Assembly: GCF_001194135.2 (NCBI RefSeq)
Contig: NC_068988.1
Coordinates: forward strand, 49,241,318-49,286,753
DNA: 45,436 nucleotides
From: Octopus bimaculoides
Lineage: Eukaryota
Direction of reading: 5' to 3'
The notes under the pieces are model-generated. The model did not search any database. It was not told the origin of the DNA and worked only from the letters and a program-made list of their open reading frames with translations. The position numbers were made by a program, and so were the translations under genes. Of the stretch, positions 37,101-45,436 are shown piece by piece. Numbering within the stretch: position 1 is the stretch's first letter; each line of letters starts with the position of its first letter.

Positions 37101-37224
37101 CTCACATACACGCGTACCTTCGTTTTGGGATCACCAATCAGTACTTTATTACCTCCCCTTCTTCCTAGCTCTCCTTTCCAACAACCTTTTTCCAATCTGT
37201 TGCCATGATTGATCGCTAAATCTA

Positions 37225-37395
37225 CAAGTTTTGTTTATTCTCTCTCTTTATTTCAACGTGTTCCTTTCTGTGTTCCTTTCTGTTGAAGAACGTAGGCTCC
37301 AAACGTTAAAGACTTTTTCACTTCCTGTGCGTTAAACTAATACATCTGTTTGTTGTCTACACCACCTGTCTCGTCTTTTTTTGTGAATCCTCCCC
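37225..37395 (+). mobile_element. Penelope-like pLTR-type fragment containing a mutated HHR-like motif (family 2; motif 37276-37311)
   Basis: CTTT-CTGTTGA-A-GAAC(GTAG)GCTC-CAAAC-GT-T-AAAG; homologous to 11590-11745. Confidence 0.5.
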
Positions 37396-37397
37396 AT

Positions 37398-37434
<37 letters not shown>

Positions 37435-37437
<3 letters not shown>

Positions 37438-37545
37438 GCATGCGAAGGGCTTCATCTCGTTTCCGTTCACTCAATCCACTCACAAGGCTTTTGCCGGCCG
37501 GCCGGCCTGGAGGATATAGTAAAAAATACATGCCCAAGTTGCCAT
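37435..37545 (-). mobile_element. SINE family A internal fragment
   Basis: Reverse complement ggcaacttgggcatg..tactatatcctccagg..aaagccttgtgagtggattg..cggaaac. Confidence 0.7.
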
Positions 37546-38554
37546 GACTGTTTTGCAGATTATTCTGAAGAAGAGAGTCAATATCTATGACTTTTGCAAC
37601 GTAACCTGGACTGAGAGAAAATTGAAGACGTATAAATAGATGTCGTTGAATTAATTCCATAGAATATACTAAGGAATGAGGCGACAGTGTGAAATTAAAT
37701 GGGTAAGAGTTTTACTGAAGTATATGGTTCTGACAAAGTATGAATCACCAAATTATGCAATAAGAGATTTGAGAATGAACTACAATAAAAAATATTTCAC
37801 TGAATATTTACATATATATGTTTTTGTTTTTTAATAATCACGCTGCTGAATATTGTTTGGGCTTAAAATCTTAAATGTTAATACCATCAATATTAATAAC
37901 GCAATTTATATTACAATTAATGTATAATTAACGTTGATTTTTTTCTATCTTCGTTTCAATCCCCATTAAATTTTTGTATTTGACTTTTTGATTTTACTTC
38001 CCTCGTTGATTATATTAAGTTTTGTCTCTCCTCGAATGTTACGTTGCTGAGATGTCCATACATGTATCAGAAATCATACGAATCATTTATACAAGGTAAA
38101 TATAATTAAGCTCAAACTGGAGATACGAGATAACTTAAGCCGAGATCAGGTTGATTTCTTAGTTTTGTTTTCCGTTCCAAACAATCATCAAATCAAAATT
38201 AAGGATGTTAAAATATCTACCTGAAGCGTCATCCTAACATATTCTACCAATTTTCTAAACAGTTAACACCCTACTCCAAGAAAGCAGATAATCAATATTT
38301 TCCATGAATTTTAGCCCCCGCTTCACCAATGCATTTATGGTTAGATCTAGGGAGCAGGTAATGTCATATTCTGTGTGAGGTAAGATACAATTTATTATAG
38401 TAAGATAGTTGTAATGCATCATATGCATTTATTGATGAAACCTAATGGCTGTTGTAAAATTTATAAATTCGGAGGCTTTCTTGCAGTCCTAGAGTTAAGG
38501 TGAGAAGAAAGGTCACATTTGACAGTGATCCACTATTTGAGGTGTGTTGCTTAC

Positions 38555-38632
38555 TGAATGTTTGCCAACGTACTCGAATGTTATTATCCGGTGTTTGATC
38601 ATAAAAGACTTTTCTATATATTTGAACGTTTG
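38555..38632 (-). CDS. Candidate 78-nt symmetric phase-1 exon: NVQIYRKVFYDQTPDNNIRVRWQTF
   Basis: catgtcag|...TTCA|gtaagc; in phase with the exon at 39754-39877. Confidence 0.28.
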
Positions 38633-39753
38633 CTGACATGTGAGCTACGTTGGGAAACGGTAGTGTCAGATGTGTGAGCAATACTCCGGCAACTAAACGT
38701 ATTCAGCATTTCGGAATTCATGAAAATTACATTCTAGTTTGCATTTCTAGCAACGAAAACCTGTGTGAGTGAAAAACATTACTGTAACCTCTTTAAAAAA
38801 TGATTGACTGTGTGGTACATTAAGTACGGTGAATTGTGCAATTGATATAAGCAAAAAAAAAAGGAATGTATGCGAAGAAGTTAGCTAGTACAAGAGATCC
38901 GAGTTGAAAATCTCTTCAGGTGTTTCTTGGAGCCTCTGGACATGATACTTCTGTCTCCGTGTATAAAACCACCCCGCTGTCAGTAAAGGTTATATGTAGG
39001 ACGTCTAGACCGAAACTATCTTACCATAGTAGTCAACTCAAGATAACAAAAACATGGAGTTAAATGCCATTTCTTTGGGATTCTGTGTTTGAAAGAATTT
39101 TTTTTTCTTTAGATAAATAATTTTGCGGGGCAAGAGATGTTGTGAGCTACATTCTTAACAAAGATCAAACCTGGGCCTAGGCCTACTACTTGAGCATTTT
39201 ACAATAATACTCTTCGCCGTCTCCAAACACAATGTGGGTTTAATCCTGTGTAGATCTTTCACTGTTCTAATGGATTTTCAACGGCGATCATTTGGTTTTG
39301 GTCTTTTTATCATATGTAATTGTAATGGCCTGAAAAAGTCAGCGTATCCCTTCTTTTCACAGGAATGTGTTTACGGAAATTTGGCTGCTAATTAAACAAC
39401 CATTCTCCTCAGTTTAACGAAAGAAGAGTTGGTAACTTCAACAACAAAGTCTAAATGCAACATTTTAAATGCCATCAATATCAACAAATGCTATAAATTA
39501 AACGGTAATACACTAACCGTTTTATAGGAGCACAAACGACTTGATATTTATTTAATCCTAACGTTGTCAAGACTGCGTACTCAACAATAATACAACGCTT
39601 ACAAATTTTCCATTATACCGCAACCATTTGTTTTCTCACCTACTATGTTTGAATAAAAATATGCGATCTGCCGACTCATCTGCAAGACATACATTCAGTA
39701 TCCCAAGGAGATGACAACCGTAGTCGCGTGAATCTACCGGTCTTTACACTTAC

Positions 39754-39877
39754 CTGCACACTCATCTAAACTGACATCAACTAACAAGAGACCTGGTTTC
39801 AACAAGCCCAGTGTGATCGCTAATCTCGCAAAACATAGCTGATAAATCTCCATATTATCGAATCCCATTTCTCCTTT
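39754..39877 (-). CDS. Candidate 124-nt exon: KGEMGFDNMEIYQLCFARLAITLGLLKPGLLLVDVSLDECA
   Basis: Textbook sites cattttttcccttcag| and CAG|gtaagt; only frame 0 is open; hydrophobic stretch resembles a signal peptide or anchor. Confidence 0.4.
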
Positions 39878-40144
39878 CTGAAGGGAAAAAATGTGCACTA
39901 AGTAACACTTGATAAGCGTTTATAGATGTTTAGAAATGAAGGTATTTCGGATTTCGGTGTGAGTCTATATTATGTAGACGAAAAGATCTAAAGTATGTTG
40001 TGTTTTATTTTTATCAGTGAAATTTTTCCAGCCAAAAGACCATAACTTCTGGTTTTTCAACGGCATACATAAGTACAGTGTATTTTAATGGTAAAGCTTA
40101 TACTGAAGAGGTGCTTCTATAGCATAATTCGAATTATGTGTGTG

Positions 40145-40164
40145 TGAGAGAGAGACAGAGATAC

Positions 40165-40201
<37 letters not shown>

Positions 40202-40207
40202 GACAGA
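40145..40207. repeat. (GA)/(GACA)n microsatellite
   Basis: Direct reading. Confidence 0.9.
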
Positions 40208-40750
40208 GTTTAACGGCAACAATGCATTCAATATATATGTGAATGTAAGAGAAGTTACGTTTGGTGTAAACAAGATATATCTACTATATTTTGATGGGCC
40301 ATAACAGCATATTTAACATACAACCGCTATATCGGGGCTAACCACGGGTGCAAAAACCACAGCAACAGCAATAATAACATTATGTTACTGTAAGAGAAAG
40401 AAAGCACATTCATCATCGAAGATATTTAGCAACAGTTTTATCATTTTATATTTGATATTTTTTTCTTATCGAAAACCTACTGACACGTACCTAATGCAGT
40501 TAATTACATTCTTAAAATCGACCTTGTTGGCTTATACACAAATGCCATGATATGCATGACTGACAGTACCATTCACCAATTTTTGAATACTTCATACCAC
40601 AGGCCATAACTACAAGATTGCTTCACATACACACACATACACGTGAATATATGTGTGCGTGTATGTATATGTATGTATATATATATATGTGTGTGTTTGA
40701 ATATATATATATATATATACATGTACATATTTATAAATAATTATTTATAC

Positions 40751-40783
<33 letters not shown>

Positions 40784-40827
40784 AATAATTATATATATAC
40801 ATATAAACAATTATACAGGCACGCACA

Positions 40828-40867
<40 letters not shown>

Positions 40868-41641
40868 NNNNNNNNNNNNNNNNNNNNNNNNNNNNNNNNN
40901 NNNNNNNNNNNNNNNNNNNNNNNNNNNNNNNNNNNNNNNNNNNNNNNNNNNNNNNNNNNNNNNNNNNNNNNNNNNNNNTATATATGCACACACATTCATA
41001 CAATACATACATACACAAGCAAATATACGCACGCATGTTGGAACACGGAGACGCACGTGCATAGATTAAGGATACCTGTATTGAAAGACACGCAAACGTT
41101 GATGCAAATGAACAGACGCTTTCTGTGTTTGTTCAGAACTGAAGGCGGCTTGCATGGCGGCTGTAACACATGAGTTGATTTATACAAAGACTGGCCTTTC
41201 ACATTTGGCTTTTGAGTGTCGAAGAAGACATTTTATTGTGAATTGTTTCTGTGGTGACGATGGGGATGGAGATATAATGCTGGCATCAGAAAAGGCAAAG
41301 TTACAGGTCCAACCTTACAGTCTCACGCAGAGTAATATGAAGTATAGCAAAAGGAATCCATTTTATCAAGACATCTGAAATGATCGAATGGCTTTAGGAA
41401 GATAATTTATGGCACTTCTTTAGAACAGCAGTAATGCATAGACAGCATTGAAAAGTCAACTTTGCAATACATTGACTAGCCATTGTCCAGCAAAGGTTTG
41501 GTAAACGATCTGTTTCTGATATAGGGGCATAGCTGTGAAGTGCGTAGACAGAAATACATAGCTTCGAGGATAGAATTATGCATATATAACAAGGAATAAA
41601 TATTGATATCTAGAAATATTTACATAAAGGTGCGAGGATAA

Positions 41642-41678
<37 letters not shown>

Positions 41679-43617
41679 AATATATGCACATAGATACACG
41701 CAGCTGATGTATGTTCTCGTATATTATTTATAAATAGATGTTTTTATATACATCTATAAATTGATGAATATCAATCTATTTTTCGATCTTATTCGTTGCC
41801 TATCATGTGGTTTCTATATTAGTGTGACTGTATGTGTCTTTATATTCATACGCCTGAAGGTACGTACATATATGTATGCACGTATGTATGTATGTAAGTA
41901 TAAATATCTTTTGGTTTTATTTTACAGATTTCTAACCAAGAGAGAGAGAGAAAGAAGATTTCAAACGCAGTGTGAAGGGCTCTTGCACTATAATTTAAAT
42001 GTATCTGTTCATATAAGCATATTGCAAGGGTGGATATCACTACATGTGTGGCCTAATACGTTATGACTCAAGCATTTATATCTGTGCTTGCCTGTCTACG
42101 CGTACATATGTCTACAATATTGTAGGCTAAACTTCAGAAATGTTTTACTAACGGTGACTTCGTAATTAGCCGTTATTTTGTATTTTCTCAATGTTTTACA
42201 TGTTTTCACAGTTCTATTAATGGCTTGTAACCGTAATTTCCTAATTAGCCATCTCCTCTCCCATTTTGTGAATCTCGGCTTCTCAAGAGGCAGCTAATTC
42301 TATATGCAAGAGCTTCAATAATTACAGGTGTAATTCTAAAGCTAAAGGCTAGGTAATCTGTAGATTCTCCATTAGTTCGCTTTCGAAATTTACATTTTCA
42401 CAAATCTTTACCTTATGTTAACACTTGCTTAACACTTTATTTACACTACTATTCGACACTTCTTTTTTCTCTGTCCTACCTCATTGTCTGCTCTGTCAAG
42501 TCTACATTTTACAAAGATTTTAAAAGGATCATTCTACAAATAATTTTATATTTTAAGAGAGTATAAGAGAGTACGTCATCAACGTCACTTTACATGATAT
42601 TTTTATATAACACGATAACATTTTATCAAATATTCATATTATGACATAACGTTACAAAACTTTATAAGATTACATAGACATTTTATACCTATTTTCATTA
42701 GAATAGAAACCATAGCTAGTTATTTACAGAAGTTCTCCCCAAAATTGTTTTGCAGCATATGCGCTGTATATGATCTGATCACTGACATTAAAGATACTTG
42801 ATACACCATATCTGGTAGATGATTGCATATGTTGCATTTGAATATGAGCCAAAAGGCTAAATTTGACTCTAGATGTTACCGACAATTATATCATTCTGCA
42901 TGTGTGTGTGTGTGTGTAATATGTGTACGTATACACATAAACGTCATATACATATATATATATATATATAAACATGTATACACACACACACACACACATA
43001 CGCACACACACACACACATATATGTATGTATATATTATATATTATATATATGCTCACCAGATACCATGAGGTTAACTCATTCTGATATATTTATACACCT
43101 GTATTCATTACAAGGATTAGTTACTGGCTGAACACCTATAGCACCTTCAAGAAACTTAAACCATGCCCACAATTAGATTTAAATCAGCATAGCTGACGCG
43201 CAGAACTGCGGTACGAATGTAATTTCTGCTATTTAGTACCAGCTCATTTGATCTCGCAGATCGTAGATCTGTGATCAACATTGTTCGAACCATGGCCATC
43301 ATACCGTATTTTATAGGCATTATTTCTGCGAGTAAACTATCCAAAATGTACTTTCTTCCTATGAAATAGTAGCGTGCGTTTGTAGAAAAATATATACGGT
43401 AATTATGGATTTTCGAACATGTTGATCTCAAATCGGGGTACGTGTAACCCTAATGTTACGCGAGTGAGATTACGAGTGGGATGGTGGGTGTTGTGCAAGA
43501 TTTCCAAAGAATTTTAATGTAATCAGCCATGAACTCATTCAATGCTATGCCTCTACAAATTTATCAGATATTAGTGAAAACAACAGCAATTTTCATCATA
43601 TATATTACTTGAAAGTA

Positions 43618-43839
43618 TAGTAATCCCTCACCATATCGCGGTTCACATATCACGGTTTATTATCTAAGCTTGCGTCGATTCCTCTGTGGTATTGCTTTGC
43701 ATTTATAATAAAATAAATATATACAAATTATAAAAATAATTTTTTTAAATACACAGTACAGTACTGTTTCTACTTCGCAGATTTTCAGCTATCGCGCGGG
43801 GCTTAGAACGTAACGACTGCGATAGTCGAGAGATTACTG
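43618..43839. mobile_element. 222-bp Tc1/mariner (Tigger/pogo-like) MITE
   Basis: TA|TAGTAATCCCTCACCATATCGCGG ... CTGCGATAGTCGAGAGATTACTG|TA: imperfect ~24-bp TIRs of CAGTAATC type, TA target duplication, AT-rich non-coding core. Confidence 0.75.
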
Positions 43840-44959
43840 TATTGACTTCTAGATATTATAGATAACAAATTAGCCATTATCTGTTTTAATTTAACTATTA
43901 ATTATAACCAGTAAGGGATATTTTGTGGAATCCAATTCTGTTACACTATATTTTTCAGAAAGGATAGGCTATCACTGACGGACACGACAAACTTTACAAA
44001 TCAAAAAGAATTCTGAGAAACTCTGACGTAGAGTATCGACGTTTTTGTCATGTTTTGGGTTAGCTTTCAATCGATCGTACCTACTTTCAATAGCAACACA
44101 ACCATGGTCTTCTCACCTTTTACACTCGCACTGTATCTAGCACTACATTATACAATTTATCAAAATACTTTTTTAAGGTAATAAGATGCAATTTTTGTGA
44201 TTTGTAATCTCCAATCTAACATATGTAAGGATTTGGATTTAAGCGGGAAATATATTGCTGTAATACAACAAAACGCCTCTGATATCCCTTCTTTTTACTA
44301 TGATAATCCCCTTCATATTTAGGATGCATTATAGGAATATAAATCGAAATCAATACACGACTTGTACATTATTTTATAGGCTACGGCGAAATGAAAGGAT
44401 ATGTTGTCCACTGTGGAATTTCAAATGAGAACTTAAGGGGCCTTAACTAAATGCAGTGAGATATTTTGTTCGATGCTCCAACAATTCTGGCAACGCTACT
44501 GTCTTAAATATTTGCATCAGATAAATCCAACCTTAATCTATAAGACAATGGGTCTACTTCTGTACGATTCCGTTAATCTCCACGAGTCGTAATAAAATCT
44601 CACACACAGGCAGACACACGCATATACTGACACAACCATTACTTACTGACCAGAACCATGTATTCTAGTTCTTGATCTTCCGAATACAAGAAACTAATGC
44701 ATGAGTTGCGAGTGTCACATGATCTGTTGACAAACATAAATCACTCAGGATGCCACTACATCGTCATTCTACTTGCAAGAAATAGCAGTCAAATATCGTT
44801 CCTTGTTTCTGTTGAAAATAGCTGTCAAATTTATATTACATGGTACTCAGGCGTCCACAAAAATATATCAAATACAAAAGACAATGACAATAAACAAAAC
44901 ATGCGTGCCATAATGGTGGGACAGTCACGGCTGGAATGCCAGCGGCCATAGATCAGCTC

Positions 44960-45073
44960 AATCGGTAACTATAGCAAGTAAATAGAAAAATAAAATAATA
45001 GAGTTAATAACCTATTATAATCGGTAACTATAGCAAGTAAATAGAAAAATAAAATAATAGAGTTAATAACCTA
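44960..45073 (+). repeat. Tandem duplication, 59-bp period
   Basis: aatcggtaactatagcaagtaaatagaaaaataaaataatagagttaataaccta at 44960 and 45019. Confidence 0.95.
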
Positions 45074-45380
45074 AATATATAATGCAGTTAATAAAGTAAC
45101 CAAAAAATTAAACACTATTCATACAGTAACAAGAATATTTAGTTAATAGAGCAACTACATTGTAATAATGTTAATTATTGAATTACACTATAAATTGCAT
45201 TAATTATTTAGTGGCAAATTTCCTGCGCATATGTGCTATGTTCCTGGGTATGTGTTATTCGTGGTTTAAATGACTGTGTGAGCATGTGTGTACTTGCGTA
45301 ACAATATATATGCTGAATCAATGATTAATTACATTTAACTATAAGGCTGATACTACAAAAAACACTAGTGTGTGTGTGTG

Positions 45381-45436
<56 letters not shown>

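Noticed and set aside
37470-37610. Open minus-strand exon candidate (ccag|GTTACG...CTT|gtgagt)
   Set aside because: The donor and 3' half lie inside a SINE family A fragment; not credible without junction reads.
41154-41378. 74-aa plus-strand ORF
   Set aside because: No recognisable domain; this length is expected by chance.
44960-45073. Tandem repeat as CRISPR, or GTAACTAT as an rRNA/homing-endonuclease site
   Set aside because: Only two units, no spacers, no cas genes, eukaryotic context; the rRNA similarity is about 8 nt.
45360-45370. CTAG|T as a Helitron 3' end
   Set aside because: No GC-rich hairpin upstream.

Overview
This is eukaryotic, repeat-saturated draft-assembly DNA with about 15 N-gaps and dense (TA)n/(CA)n/(AAT)n/(GATA)n microsatellites. 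The tRNA-derived SINE families match, from my recollection, those of Octopus (inference, not a database hit). There is no rRNA, intact tRNA, CRISPR array or recognisable host gene, and most ORF-track entries are microsatellite or gap artefacts. Well-supported elements are many SINE copies from 3 families, a decayed RTE LINE 3' half (35455-36610, -), an internally deleted Buster-type hAT transposon (31752-32271, +) and a Tigger/pogo-like MITE (43618-43839). The most interesting signal is a near-perfect 70-bp inverted repeat (18621-18767). Each arm carries a minimal type-I hammerhead-ribozyme (HHR) fold, and the only two arm differences fall in ribozyme loops. A third copy of this motif lies at 61-101, and a second HHR-like family can be rebuilt from two damaged copies; both resemble Penelope-like pseudo-LTRs. 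Also present are a ~280-bp foldback palindrome, two old local duplications, and phase-compatible candidate exons of an unidentified minus-strand gene (low confidence). All alignments and folds were done by eye.
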